Positions 19,938-30,506 of a stretch of 64,000 nucleotides of DNA are shown here, one piece after another. The translations under genes were made by a program, and so were the position numbers. Origin of the DNA: a bacterium (GTDB lineage Bacteria; SAR324; XYD2-FULL-50-16). The notes beneath the pieces are model-generated. The model worked only from the letters and a program-made list of their open reading frames with translations. It ran no database searches and was not told where the DNA came from. The stretch is taken from the NCBI GenBank assembly GCA_032250835.1, contig JAVVEA010000001.1, positions 542,765-606,764 on the forward strand. The letters run 5' to 3'. Positions within the stretch are counted from its first letter, which is position 1, and each line of letters begins with the position of its first letter.

Positions 19938-21409
19938 TCAATCGGTCTTTAACGATCCTGGCGTTGGCGGTGCTGGGGTTGTTTTTTGCGGATCTGGAGA
20001 TCTCGGCTTTAGAGCCCTGGACCGAATTGGGGAGAATGCTTCAAGGGGCGCTTTCGCCCGACTTGCTGTCCCTAGAGGTGGTCGGTAGGGCCCTGTTTAA
20101 CACCTTGGCCTTCGCTTTGGTGGGAACCTTCTTGGGCGGCTTGGCTGGCGGGCTGCTGGCCTTTTTCCACCACCTCAGGCTGGTTAGGTACAGTTGCGCC
20201 TTTGTCCGCTCGATCCACGAGTTATTTTGGGCCTTTTTACTGATGCCTATCTTGGGGCTCAATTCGGTCTGCGGTGTCTTGGCCATTGCGATTCCCTATG
20301 CGGGAATCTTTGCCAAGGTCTACGCCGAAATCTTAGAAGAAGCCGATCCTAGGCCCCTGCTGGCGATCCCAAAAGCAACCGACCCCTTAAGCCGCTTTTT
20401 CTACGGCTACTTGCCGGGCCTTTTTAAGGAACTCAAGCACTACACCAGCTACCGTTTTGAATGCGCTTTGCGCTCTAGTGCGATCTTGGGTTTTATTGGG
20501 CTGCCCACCTTGGGCTATCATCTGGAAACTTGGTTACGGGAAGGGCAATATGGGCAGGCCTTTACGCTGATTTATATCTTTTATGGGTTGATCTTTTCGA
20601 TCCGCGCCTGGGCCAGGCCCCGTTGGATACTCTTCTGGGTTGCGGGTGCTTTTTGGGGAATATCTAAGGAAATCTCTTTTTCGCTGGAAAACACCACCCG
20701 TTTTTTTAGTTATGAAATCCTTCCTTGGCCGGTCAGACAAGGTGAAGGGATCGGCGAACTGGGTTCGTGGTTTTATCATTTACTGACCCACCAAGTCTTT
20801 GAAGGCACGCTGAATACCTTGATCCTCACCCAGGTTTCTTTGGCCCTATCGGGGATCTTGGCCCTTGGTTGGTTTCCGCTGGCCAGCAAAACCTTTGTCG
20901 GTCCCAGAGGTTGGTTCGGTGGGCATTTTGTCTTGGTGGTGCTGCGCAGCACCCCTGAATACCTGCTGGCCTATATCTGCATCCATCTGTTTGGCCCTTC
21001 GATGTTACCCGCGATCATCGCGCTTTCGGTCCATAACGGCGGGATTCTAGCCCATCTTTCGTCGCTCAATGCGGACCAGATAAAACCGGACCTTTCAGGT
21101 GCGGCCAAGCCCGCCAACCGTTATTTTTATGAAGTATTACCAAGAATCTACGGCCAATTCTTGGCCTTCTTGCTTTATCGGTGGGAGGTGATCTTCCGCG
21201 AATCAGCTATTTTAGGGATTTTAGGGGTGTACAGCCTCGGCTTTTTTATCGATAGCGCCATTGCCGCAGACCACCTGGACGAAGCCTTTGCCCTGATTGT
21301 TCTCAGTGGTTTGTTCAACATCCTGATTGACCGCGCCAGCCAGTTCTTCAGAAAAGGCTTTGCTCCCGGTGCAGGGATCAACCCGCCTCATTCTTTGGCT
21401 CTAGACTAG
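19934..21409 (+). CDS. PhnE-like double-domain ABC permease
   Basis: Two repeats: RSIHEL..YRFECALRSSAILG and RSTPEY..YRWEVIFRESAILG. Confidence 0.88.
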   Translation: MINRSLTILALAVLGLFFADLEISALEPWTELGRMLQGALSPDLLSLEVVGRALFNTLAFALVGTFLGGLAGGLLAFFHHLRLVRYSCAFVRSIHELFWAFLLMPILGLNSVCGVLAIAIPYAGIFAKVYAEILEEADPRPLLAIPKATDPLSRFFYGYLPGLFKELKHYTSYRFECALRSSAILGFIGLPTLGYHLETWLREGQYGQAFTLIYIFYGLIFSIRAWARPRWILFWVAGAFWGISKEISFSLENTTRFFSYEILPWPVRQGEGIGELGSWFYHLLTHQVFEGTLNTLILTQVSLALSGILALGWFPLASKTFVGPRGWFGGHFVLVVLRSTPEYLLAYICIHLFGPSMLPAIIALSVHNGGILAHLSSLNADQIKPDLSGAAKPANRYFYEVLPRIYGQFLAFLLYRWEVIFRESAILGILGVYSLGFFIDSAIAADHLDEAFALIVLSGLFNILIDRASQFFRKGFAPGAGINPPHSLALD

Positions 21410-21566
21410 AACAATAAATCCAGAGGGCAGCCATGCTACCTAGACCGGGACTCGGTTTTTTGGCACTTCTTTTGAAGCTTAGGAGCTAAAAAAGCCACCG
21501 GAATGCGGCTCGCTGGTTTTTCAAGGAAATCCAGCCCGCCCAGTACTAACTAAAGGTAATGATTTT

Positions 21567-22922
21567 ATGAACAAACTGCTCGATTGGTCTGGTTATCGCG
21601 ACCGGGGCCTGGGTGATGCTTACGCCGACATCCCGAATCATGGCGAGGATTTTGCCAAGGCTATTTCTGTCTGTATTCGTAGCGGAAATTGTCAGAAAAC
21701 TGACAATCGTGGCGTCATGTGTCCTAGTTTTAAAGTCAGCCAAGCGCCTAATTTCTCCCCCGGCGGGCGCGTGCTGCTCTTTAAAAAACTCCTGAACCAA
21801 GACGATATTTCCTTTTTGCGCGATGAGGCGCTGGCCGAATCGTTGGCCCAATGCGTATCCTGTAAGGGCTGCAAACGAGACTGCGAAAACGGCCTGGATA
21901 TGGCGGCCATCAAGGTGGAATACTTGGCCCAGCGTCACCAAGCCGGGCTCGCGCCAAAGCGCAACCAACTCTTTGCCGAGTTTCCCTTTCTCCTGTACCG
22001 CTTTGGGGCCCTAAAACCGCTGATCAAATGGCGCAACCGTAGCACCTGGCTAAAAAGCCTCGGCGAGAAGTTTTTAGGGATCAACGCCCAAATGCCGCTC
22101 CCCGAACCCGCCGCCGAGCGTTACCAGGGCCCCAAAGACCCGGTCTTGGCGGCCCAAAGTTCAGACCCCAACTGGTCGGTGGTTTTGCTGGTAGACAGCC
22201 TCACCGCTATGTTCGCGCCCGAAGCGGCCCGAGACGCCGAGAAGCTCTTGCGGGCGGCAGGTTATCAAGTAACGGTTTTACATCCCCAGTCCGACCCCCG
22301 CAACGGCCTGTTAGACAGCGGGCGTTCTTTGTTTTCACAGGGCTTTATCGAGCGCGCCAAAGAACAGGCGCAACAGCTGTTGGGCCTACTGACCCCTTTT
22401 GTAGAAGCCGGGCACCGCATCATTGGCTTAGAACCTTCCACCCACCTGATGCTCCGCGACGAGTTTCTGGTGTTAGGCCTAGGCGAGCCCGCGCAAGCCT
22501 TGGCGGCTCAGACCCTGTTGCTAGAAGAATTCATTGCCAAAGAACTGGCGGCCAAGCGCTTCCAGGCCCAATTTAAAGCCTACCAGGGCCCCAGCCCGGT
22601 GCTGGTGCATGGCCACTGCCACCAAAAGGCCGTAGGGGCCATGAAGGCGATGCGCAAAGTCGTCAAACTGATCGACGAACTGCCCTACCAATATATGGCC
22701 GTTTCCTGCTGCGGGATGGCGGGTAGCTATGGGATGGAAGCCGAAAATGCGGCCCAATCAAAGGCCATGGCCCAACTGGAATTGCTGCCTAGCTTAGACG
22801 CAGAGCCCCAAGGGCTGGTGCTTAGCAATGGGTTCTCCTGCAACCAGCAGATCCTTGGGCTGCGCGGCCGCAAAGCGGTCCATCTGGCAACGTTGTTGTG
22901 TGATCATTTAAAGACGGACTGA
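21567..22922 (+). CDS. (Fe-S)-binding oxidoreductase, GlpC-like with CCG domain
   Basis: CIRSGNC..MCPS, CVSCKGCKRDC, HGHCHQKA, SCCGMAGSYG, GFSC. Confidence 0.88.
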   Translation: MNKLLDWSGYRDRGLGDAYADIPNHGEDFAKAISVCIRSGNCQKTDNRGVMCPSFKVSQAPNFSPGGRVLLFKKLLNQDDISFLRDEALAESLAQCVSCKGCKRDCENGLDMAAIKVEYLAQRHQAGLAPKRNQLFAEFPFLLYRFGALKPLIKWRNRSTWLKSLGEKFLGINAQMPLPEPAAERYQGPKDPVLAAQSSDPNWSVVLLVDSLTAMFAPEAARDAEKLLRAAGYQVTVLHPQSDPRNGLLDSGRSLFSQGFIERAKEQAQQLLGLLTPFVEAGHRIIGLEPSTHLMLRDEFLVLGLGEPAQALAAQTLLLEEFIAKELAAKRFQAQFKAYQGPSPVLVHGHCHQKAVGAMKAMRKVVKLIDELPYQYMAVSCCGMAGSYGMEAENAAQSKAMAQLELLPSLDAEPQGLVLSNGFSCNQQILGLRGRKAVHLATLLCDHLKTD

Positions 22923-23031
22923 GCCCGACGCTGGGCTGGGAAGAAACGCCTTGGGCAGGAGGGGGCTTCGGGCCTTGGCAAAGCGGCCTGAGTGACTTAA
23001 ACTGAAGACCAACCCAAACCAGGAAAAGAGC

Positions 23032-23370
23032 ATGAAAATCGAATGGTATTACCACCGCAACGGTTGAGTCTCCTGCGGTAAAGCCCAAGAGGTTCTTGGG
23101 GAAAAAGGCGTCGAAGTGGTAGAACAAATCGACGCGAGAAAACTGAAGATAGATGACGAACAGGCCTGGGAACGCCTCAGCCAAGCCAGCCGCGTGGTCA
23201 TCGCCCAAGGTAAGGCGTTATTGGAGTTTGTCCCTTCGGCGGACACCCAGGATGACATCCTGCAAAAGGCCATGGGCCGTAGCGGCAACCTACGGGCCCC
23301 GACGATGCTGATCGAAGGGACCTACTACGTGGGCTACAATCAAGGGCTCTACCAAGAGCTTTTTGGCTGA
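23032..23370 (+). CDS. ArsC/Spx-like thioredoxin-fold selenoprotein (UxxC)
   Basis: MKIEWYYHRNG-TGA(23065-23067)-VSCGKAQ in frame with track ORF 23116..23370; GRSGNLRAPT motif; downstream hairpin. Confidence 0.88.
23084..23100 (+). promoter_or_regulatory. Putative bacterial SECIS hairpin
   Basis: CCCAAGA-GGT-TCTTGGG, starting 16 nt after the in-frame TGA, G in loop. Confidence 0.7.
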
Positions 23371-23692
23371 TCCTTAACACCTCACGAAGCGGCTTAGGTT
23401 GGCGCGCCCGCTTAAGCGCCGCAAAGTCCCAGGCCGGGTAGAACGCCTCAAGTTCTACCCCCACCTCCACCTGATACCACCACCTCTGTTTTGCGCCAGC
23501 CTTGGCTTCACCGATTCCAACAAATCCCCTCCAACCGAACGGTTAAGCGGAGTAATCTATATTGATTTTAACGCTTAAGACATAGAACACAAATTTAATT
23601 GCTGATGATTCATGTATTTTGTATAATTTGATGGCCTCTCCAAAGTAAAAGGAGCTGGAAACTGACGAGGTACTGCTACTTATAGAGGAAAG

Positions 23693-25648
23693 ATGCAAAA
23701 GCTGTGGATGGTTATGCTAGTGGCCCTTTTGGTGGTTATTGGCTGTAAAAAAAATGAAGAAAATCAGACCGTGGTAATCAGCGGTACACCAACCGTATCT
23801 TCGGTCAGCCCTGCGGATGGTTCTGCTAGTGTGGCCACCTCCGGCTCTCTGGAAGTCACCTTCTCTGCGGCCATGTCATCAGGCAGCTTAAATACTAACG
23901 AGTCAGGAAGCTCTTGTAGCGGGAGTATCCAGCTCAGCGCCGATAGTTTCGCCACCTGCGCCACCTTGGCGCCCCCCAGTTTAGACAGCACCGGCAAAGT
24001 AGCAACGGTCACTTATTCAGGTCTCACCAGCGCAACGACCTACCAAGCAAAGATCACCACCGCGGCCACCGCTTCGGGAGGTTCAGCCTTGGCCTCAACC
24101 TACTCCTGGTCTTTTGTCACCGCCTCAAGCAGTACCGACAGCACCGCCCCGGCCAGTGCCGCCCTTTCAATTGAGGGCGGTGCCAGCGCGACCACTTCGA
24201 CTACTGTCACCGTAACCCTCTCGGCCACGGATGCGACGGGCGTGACGGGCTATTACCTCTCTAGTAGCTCCAGCACCCCCTCGGCTTCGGCTAGTGGTTG
24301 GATCAGCCTAACCGCCGCGACCAGCCTTTCGACTTCGGCCTCTTATAGCTTAAGCAACACCGAGGGAACCCAAACCCTTTACGCATGGTTTAAAGACGCC
24401 GCTGGGAACCTTTCTTCCGCGGCTAGCGACAGCATTTTATTCACCAGCACTTGGACCAAACAACCGGGCAACGCGAGCGCCCAAGACGGCAATGCCCTTA
24501 CCCTTGATGCGGATGGCAACGTGATCGTCGTGGGGGCAACTTCAGGTAGCTTAGATGGCGCAGCCAGTTCCGGCGGCTACGATGCCTTCATCACCAAATA
24601 CAACGCCGCCGGCACCTGGCAATGGACCACCCAGGTGGGCTCTATCGGCAGTGAGGCGGCGACGGCAGTAGCCACCGATAGCTCGGGAAATATCTATTGG
24701 GTTGGCACAACCGATAACTCCGTTTCGCCCAACACCAGCTCAGGTGGAATTGACGTCTTAGTAGGAAAAATTGATGCCTCTGGCACTCAGGTGTGGTTGG
24801 CGCAACCGGGAACTTCGGGCTCAGACTACGCCACGGGTATAAAGGTCTCTTCGGCAGGGGACCTGTACATTACCGGCTACTCTACTGGCTCGTTCAGCGG
24901 CAGCAACCCCGGCGGTACGGACCTTTGGTTTGCCAAGCTAAACAGTTCTAGTGCGCTCCAATGGATAACCCAAAGAAACCAGACTGGTAACCAACTGTCC
25001 TATGGGATCGTGCTCGATTCAAGCGGCAACATTTATATCGGGGGTGATACAGACACGGCTATGGACGGCCTAGCTTACATGGGCGGAACCTATGATGCCT
25101 TTGTTTCTAAGTTCGATACCTCGGGCAGTTGGGTTTGGACCAGTGCCTTTGGTAGCGCCACCGAAGACCATGTAAAACAAATCGCCATTGACTCGTCGGA
25201 CAACCTCTACCTTAGTGGCAGCACCGATGGTAACTGGGACGGCGAATCTGCCCATGGCGGAATGGACCTGCACTTGACCAAATATAACTCATCGGGCGCT
25301 CGGCAGTGGACCCGTATCCGGGGTACCAACCTGACTGAAGAGGGCCGAAGCCTAGCGATTGCCAACAACAAAATCTATCTCTTCGGCACCACCCAGGGGA
25401 GCTTAGACGGCAACAGCCTAACCGGGACCACCGACGTGGCACTTTTGGAATTTAGTTCCGATGGGACTTGGAACTGGACCAAACAACTGGGAAATTCCGC
25501 TGCGGCGTTGACCGCCTACGGATTGGCACCAAGTAAAAATGGCGACCTCAACATCACCGGCTCGACCACCGGAGCTTTCTCGGGCTTCAGCCAACAGGGG
25601 GTTCGGGACGTATATTTGATCAAAAACCCTTCAGGCTATCTCCCTTAG
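23693..25648 (+). CDS. Lipoprotein with Ig-like domains and SBBP-type beta-propeller repeats
   Basis: Lipobox VIGC; repeated DSSGNIY..G.T.G / DAFxxKY..SG..xW units. Confidence 0.85.
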   Translation: MQKLWMVMLVALLVVIGCKKNEENQTVVISGTPTVSSVSPADGSASVATSGSLEVTFSAAMSSGSLNTNESGSSCSGSIQLSADSFATCATLAPPSLDSTGKVATVTYSGLTSATTYQAKITTAATASGGSALASTYSWSFVTASSSTDSTAPASAALSIEGGASATTSTTVTVTLSATDATGVTGYYLSSSSSTPSASASGWISLTAATSLSTSASYSLSNTEGTQTLYAWFKDAAGNLSSAASDSILFTSTWTKQPGNASAQDGNALTLDADGNVIVVGATSGSLDGAASSGGYDAFITKYNAAGTWQWTTQVGSIGSEAATAVATDSSGNIYWVGTTDNSVSPNTSSGGIDVLVGKIDASGTQVWLAQPGTSGSDYATGIKVSSAGDLYITGYSTGSFSGSNPGGTDLWFAKLNSSSALQWITQRNQTGNQLSYGIVLDSSGNIYIGGDTDTAMDGLAYMGGTYDAFVSKFDTSGSWVWTSAFGSATEDHVKQIAIDSSDNLYLSGSTDGNWDGESAHGGMDLHLTKYNSSGARQWTRIRGTNLTEEGRSLAIANNKIYLFGTTQGSLDGNSLTGTTDVALLEFSSDGTWNWTKQLGNSAAALTAYGLAPSKNGDLNITGSTTGAFSGFSQQGVRDVYLIKNPSGYLP

Positions 25649-26115
25649 CGTTGTCGGGCCAGACACATTGAACCTGGTTTTTGTCAGGCTAGCTTAGATC
25701 TTGCTGGTGCTGGGGTTGATCAGTGCAAGGCGCTTCGACTTTAAGTTCCCTGAATTTGCCGCTTTTAGGGTTCCACCTTGCATTCCGTCGACCACCCCAG
25801 CCCTGCTGTTCCCTGGCAAATCGGTCGCAACAAATCCCCCCTAGCCCTTTTCGCACCCAGAGGCTCCTACAGTTGGGTTGTAATCTCAAATTGTCTATAC
25901 CCTCCTCTGCAAGTCTAGATTGGATTTAATTTACCCAATAAAATCAAGCAAACCTGATCTACAAAGCTACCCTCTCTAAATGCCTTGAATTTTTCGGGTA
26001 GTTTGCGAGGGGAACTTGATGTTACCATGAAAATAAGATTCACTGTTTTGGGCTGTCTAGCGGCATATGCCCTTGGGACTACAGCCTAAGAAACACTACC
26101 AGCAATAGGAACCCT

Positions 26116-27831
26116 ATGAAAACTTGGTCGATTCGAGGCAAAATTGTGGTCGGCTTCGCTTTCACCTTGGTGATGCTCGCGACAATCAGCGGGTTTGCCT
26201 ACTATAGCACCGCCAGTTTGATCCAAGCGGCGGGGTGGGTTTCGCACACCCGGGACGTGATGGGTAAGTTAGATTCCTTATTGTCCCTGCTCAAAGACAC
26301 CGAAACGGGACAGCGGGGCTACTTGATCACTGGCCGCGATAACTACCTGACCCCTTACATTGAAGGCAAAAAGCAACTGGTAGTAGCGCTGGATGAGATC
26401 CAAACACTGACCTCGGACAACCCGAGACAACAAGAGCGGATCAAGCGGCTGCGCCCCTTGATCGACGCTAAAATGGCCGAACTCAAAGAGACTATCGACC
26501 TACGGCGCGACCAAGGATTTAACGAGGCGCTAGAGGTGGTCCTGACCGATCAGGGCAAGGAGATCATGGACAATATCCGCAAGGTGTACGAGGAAATGTA
26601 TAACGAGGAAAACACCCTGCTAAAAACCAGAGAGGCAGAAGCCCATTCAACAGCTCAGACTATAGTGGTCACCAGTTTCTTGGTGTCCTTTGTGTTGGTG
26701 GTGTGGATCGCTTTTTGGCTGGTGAAAAATATCAACGGCATTCTTTCGGCCGTGATGGAAGACATGGCCATTACCTCCGACCAACTAGACACCGCCTCTC
26801 GCAGCTTGTCCCAAAGCGCCCAACAACTCTCCTCCGGGGCCACCGAACAGGCGGCTAGTTTAGAACAGACCTCGGCGGCGATGGAAGAGATGTCTTCACA
26901 GGCCAAAGAAAACGCGGCCAGAGCGGACACCTCTGCTTCGGCTATGAAGGATGTGGCTCGTTTGGTCGGCGACTCAGTTTCTGGGGCCAAGGAAGCGGCT
27001 ATGCTTTCGGACCAAGCCAAAGACTCGGCTGAAAAGGGAAGCCAGTCGATGAAAGAAATCGCTTTCGCCATGACGGAGATCAGCAAAGGCAGTGAAGAGA
27101 TTGCCGACATCATTGAGGTGATCAATGAAATCACCCACCAGACTAAGATGCTGGCCACCAACGCCGCCATCGAGGCAGCCCGCGCCGGGGAACAGGGCAA
27201 AGGCTTCGCGGTGGTAGCCGACGAGGTTTCCAAGCTGGCTGAAAGCTCAAAGAGCGCCGCCAAGGACATCGCGCACCTCATCAAAGACTCGGTACAAAAG
27301 GCTAAAAATGGCAGCGACTTAGCAGCCAATGGAGAAGATTCCTTAAAAGAAATTTTGGAACAATCCATTAAAGTCGCGGACCTGATCCAACAGATTTCGT
27401 CCGGTTCGGCGCAGCAAGCCCAGAAGGTCGCAGCAGTAGCCGAAATGATGGACGCCATCACCAACGCTTCAAACGAACAAGCCAAAGGAGTAGAGCAGGT
27501 CACCCATGCCATGGTTCAAATGGACCAGTTGACCCAGGCCAATGCCGCCAACGCTGAAGAAACCGCGGCTTCTTCCGAAGACCTGATGGCTCAGTCTTCG
27601 AGCTTACAGCGGGTGGTAGCCGACCTTTCCCTCCACGCGGGCCACGAGGCAAGTCGCTCACCCCAGCCGGGCTATGCGGGCCCGATGACCGGACCGGCCC
27701 GAGTCCAGAAGATTGAAAATCAGCCCCGTGGCTCCGCAACAGCCGCCTCGACCCCAAAAAGTGGGGCGAAAGGCCAGCTACGCAAGCCTTCCGAACAGAT
27801 ACCACACCATGGTGACTTTGAGGATTTTTAA
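26116..27831 (+). CDS. Methyl-accepting chemotaxis protein with CHASE3 sensor
   Basis: [13 protein letters not shown] (CHASE3); [30 protein letters not shown]. Confidence 0.95.
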   Translation: MKTWSIRGKIVVGFAFTLVMLATISGFAYYSTASLIQAAGWVSHTRDVMGKLDSLLSLLKDTETGQRGYLITGRDNYLTPYIEGKKQLVVALDEIQTLTSDNPRQQERIKRLRPLIDAKMAELKETIDLRRDQGFNEALEVVLTDQGKEIMDNIRKVYEEMYNEENTLLKTREAEAHSTAQTIVVTSFLVSFVLVVWIAFWLVKNINGILSAVMEDMAITSDQLDTASRSLSQSAQQLSSGATEQAASLEQTSAAMEEMSSQAKENAARADTSASAMKDVARLVGDSVSGAKEAAMLSDQAKDSAEKGSQSMKEIAFAMTEISKGSEEIADIIEVINEITHQTKMLATNAAIEAARAGEQGKGFAVVADEVSKLAESSKSAAKDIAHLIKDSVQKAKNGSDLAANGEDSLKEILEQSIKVADLIQQISSGSAQQAQKVAAVAEMMDAITNASNEQAKGVEQVTHAMVQMDQLTQANAANAEETAASSEDLMAQSSSLQRVVADLSLHAGHEASRSPQPGYAGPMTGPARVQKIENQPRGSATAASTPKSGAKGQLRKPSEQIPHHGDFEDF

Positions 27832-27915
27832 GCTGGAATAAAACTGCTTTGGTGAGAAGCTCTAAAGGGTTACCGCTGGGGGCCTTCGACTAGAGAATAT
27901 GGAAGGCTCTCCGAA

Positions 27916-29808
27916 TTATGGCCGCAGCCGCAAAGAAACCAGGGCGGTTTTTAGGGCTTCGGGGTCTAGGGGTTTGTTTAAAAAACCGTCAAAAGGATCG
28001 CTCAAAGAGCGCGCGTCCAGTTCCATTTTACTGTAGGCCGTCAGGGCAAAAATCAGTAACGGGTCCTTTGCCGGGGTCTGGCTGCGGATCTTTTGGGCCG
28101 CCTGGGCCCCGTCGTATCCCGGCAAGTCTATGTCCATCAAGATCAGGTCGGGGCCAAGTCGTTGCGCCATTTCCAACGCCCCAGGACCGCTAGTGGCGAT
28201 GCCCAAAAGCCGGTAAGATTCCAAGGCCTTCTTAGTGCTTTCTTGATGGATCGGGTTGTCTTCCACAACCAATATCTTCAGGTCCGCCAGCCAAGCGTCG
28301 GTATTTATCTCATGGGTTTTGGGGGCCTCGCCCTTGGGCAGGGTGAAGTAAAACCGGGTGCCTTGGCCCGGTTCGGATTTTACTCCCAGCTGACCGCCGT
28401 TGCGCGTCACAAACTCGCGGCAAAGCACCAAACCCAAACCAGACCCCACTTCGCCATCGGTACCCGGCTCAGAGTGCGCTTTACCTAGCGCAAAGAGGTT
28501 GCCCTGCTGCTCGGGAGTCAGGCCTCGGCCCGTATCGGTTACCGAGAGTTCCCAGTAATCCCCTAGGTCCGCTTGCGTGAGGCTAACGCGCCCGCCGTTA
28601 GGGGTGAACTTGATGGCGTTGTTTAATAAATTGCGTAGCGCCGTGTTGAGCATACCCAGATCACCGAAGGCGAAGGTATTGCGCATCAATTGAGCGTTCA
28701 ATTCAATCCCCTTGTGCCGGGCCTGCACTTCTGCAATAGCCAAGGCTTGAGAGCACATGTGTTCCAAGTCAAAGGCTAAGGGCCTGCATTCAAGTTGCCC
28801 CTGTTGGCTGCGGGCCCAAGAAAGTAGGTTTTCTAATAAGTGATAGGTGCTCTTGGTGGTTTTTTTGATGGTTTCAAACATGTCTGCGGGAATCACTTCG
28901 CCTCCAGACAAAATTTCGTTAAACATAATCGAAAGGCTTCCGATGGGCCCGCGCAGATCGTGACTGATCAGGGAAAAAAATTTGTCTTTGGTTTGGTTGG
29001 CAAGCTCCAATCGTTCCTGCAACTCTACGAGAGAGGTCACGTCCGTCGAGATACCGACCAAGGCACTCACTCTGCCTTCTTGGATCAAAGGGATTTTAAT
29101 GGACCAATAATGCCGCAGTTCCCCAGAGGCATCCACAAAGGTTTCCTCACCAGCGGCCTTTTTCGCTGAACTCAGAACTTTTTGGTCCATCTGAGCAAAA
29201 TGTTCGGCCTCTTCTACGGACATCAGGTCGCTATCTGATTTCCCGACGATCTCCTCTTGAGAGCAGCCGTAAAGCTGCGCTGTTAAATCATTAACATACA
29301 AATACCGCCCGGTCGCATCTTTCATGTAAACATGGGCTTCGATATTGTTTAAGATGCTGTCTAAAAGCTGCTTCTGTTCTTGAACCTTTCGTTGCAATTT
29401 GAGGCGCTCAGTGATGTCCGTCGAAATACCACACATTCCCGTTATTTTCCCTTGTTCGTCAAAGAAAGGAACTTTAACAGACCAATAGGTACGCCTTTCT
29501 CCTGTGGTAGCGATAACGTTCGTTTCCTCTGTTTCCAGGCTTTCGCCTCTGTCTAAAACCAACCGGTCATTTTTGCGCAGTTCATCGGAAACCTCTAGAT
29601 CAAAAAACTGCTCATCCTTTTTGCCGATCACCTCTTCTAAAGGAGCGCCAAAGAGGTCGCAGACCATCTTGTTAGCATAGCTGTAGCGCCCTTCTCGGTC
29701 CTTGGTAAAAACATAGGCCCCCACATGGTCCAGCGTCGTTTGCAGCTGAAGATTCAACGCCTTCAACTGCTTGATTTCTTGCTGCGCGTCGGTCAATTTA
29801 TCGTTCAT
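27916..29808 (-). CDS. PAS-PAS hybrid sensor histidine kinase/response regulator
   Basis: Two PAS repeats; ISHDLRGP; NLLNNAIKF; GSGLGL; LILMDIDLP. Confidence 0.93.
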   Translation of the reverse strand: MNDKLTDAQQEIKQLKALNLQLQTTLDHVGAYVFTKDREGRYSYANKMVCDLFGAPLEEVIGKKDEQFFDLEVSDELRKNDRLVLDRGESLETEETNVIATTGERRTYWSVKVPFFDEQGKITGMCGISTDITERLKLQRKVQEQKQLLDSILNNIEAHVYMKDATGRYLYVNDLTAQLYGCSQEEIVGKSDSDLMSVEEAEHFAQMDQKVLSSAKKAAGEETFVDASGELRHYWSIKIPLIQEGRVSALVGISTDVTSLVELQERLELANQTKDKFFSLISHDLRGPIGSLSIMFNEILSGGEVIPADMFETIKKTTKSTYHLLENLLSWARSQQGQLECRPLAFDLEHMCSQALAIAEVQARHKGIELNAQLMRNTFAFGDLGMLNTALRNLLNNAIKFTPNGGRVSLTQADLGDYWELSVTDTGRGLTPEQQGNLFALGKAHSEPGTDGEVGSGLGLVLCREFVTRNGGQLGVKSEPGQGTRFYFTLPKGEAPKTHEINTDAWLADLKILVVEDNPIHQESTKKALESYRLLGIATSGPGALEMAQRLGPDLILMDIDLPGYDGAQAAQKIRSQTPAKDPLLIFALTAYSKMELDARSLSDPFDGFLNKPLDPEALKTALVSLRLRP

Positions 29809-30150
29809 GTAAATTCAAGTGGGTTTTGGCAATCTAGGCAAGTTACTTTGGCTACCTTAACATCCCCCCAAAAAATGCTAAGTCCCGGCAGGCTGAGAAA
29901 CTCTTTGCGGATAGAGATTACCACTTTTATAGCACCTACAAAAGCCCAAACCTTTAGTTAGACGACTTTGATGAAAGATTTCACCGCCACCGAAACCGAG
30001 ACCTTTGGGATCGCCTGAGGTAAACTAGCTTGCCAAAAGGGGTTTAATTCTGGGTTCGAGTTGATTCGGAGAGTGGGCTCAGCTAACATCAACCGTAAGT
30101 CCTTAGAAACAGGGCCCACCCTTACCCCTTGAGACAGCCAGACAAAATCT

Positions 30151-30438
30151 ATGCGAAAACTTCGATACTTAGGCGAGCCCTCTAACTTTGTGGCCCAGTT
30201 GATCGAAACCAACCACCGCGATTCGGCCAGCTTGATCCGCGAAACCCTGCTTGAGGTCTGCCGCGCCGGCAAGATCCATTCGGCGGTACAAAAGGCGGGG
30301 GACAAAGAGAATATGTACCGGGTCCGCTCGCTGCCCGGCGATTCGGACGGTTTGCTGCACCCGGGCTACGAAGCCATCTTTTTACTGCTCGAACAAGCGG
30401 TCTTGGTGCTCGAAATCCGGCCTCTTTCGCTGGACTGA
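30151..30438 (+). CDS. Hypothetical protein, RelE/ParE-like fold suspected
   Basis: 95 aa; YRVR..YEAIF..VLVLEI pattern. Confidence 0.45.
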   Translation: MRKLRYLGEPSNFVAQLIETNHRDSASLIRETLLEVCRAGKIHSAVQKAGDKENMYRVRSLPGDSDGLLHPGYEAIFLLLEQAVLVLEIRPLSLD

Positions 30439-30506
30439 TGGGCTTACCTTATTTACAAAGAACTTAGTGATTTACGCACTTTTTGATTTGAATTTTAGGA
30501 GTAAAA

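Noticed and set aside
25930-26110. c-di-GMP riboswitch upstream of the MCP
   Set aside because: Hairpins are present but the GNRA tetraloop/receptor consensus is not matched
26655-27512. Long antisense ORFs (also 35498..36151, 45475..46185, 51300..52136)
   Set aside because: Shadow frames of well-supported genes on the opposite strand
29900-30020. Degraded peroxiredoxin (Bcp)-like fragment (LMKDFTATETETFGI)
   Set aside because: Too short and interrupted to support without a search
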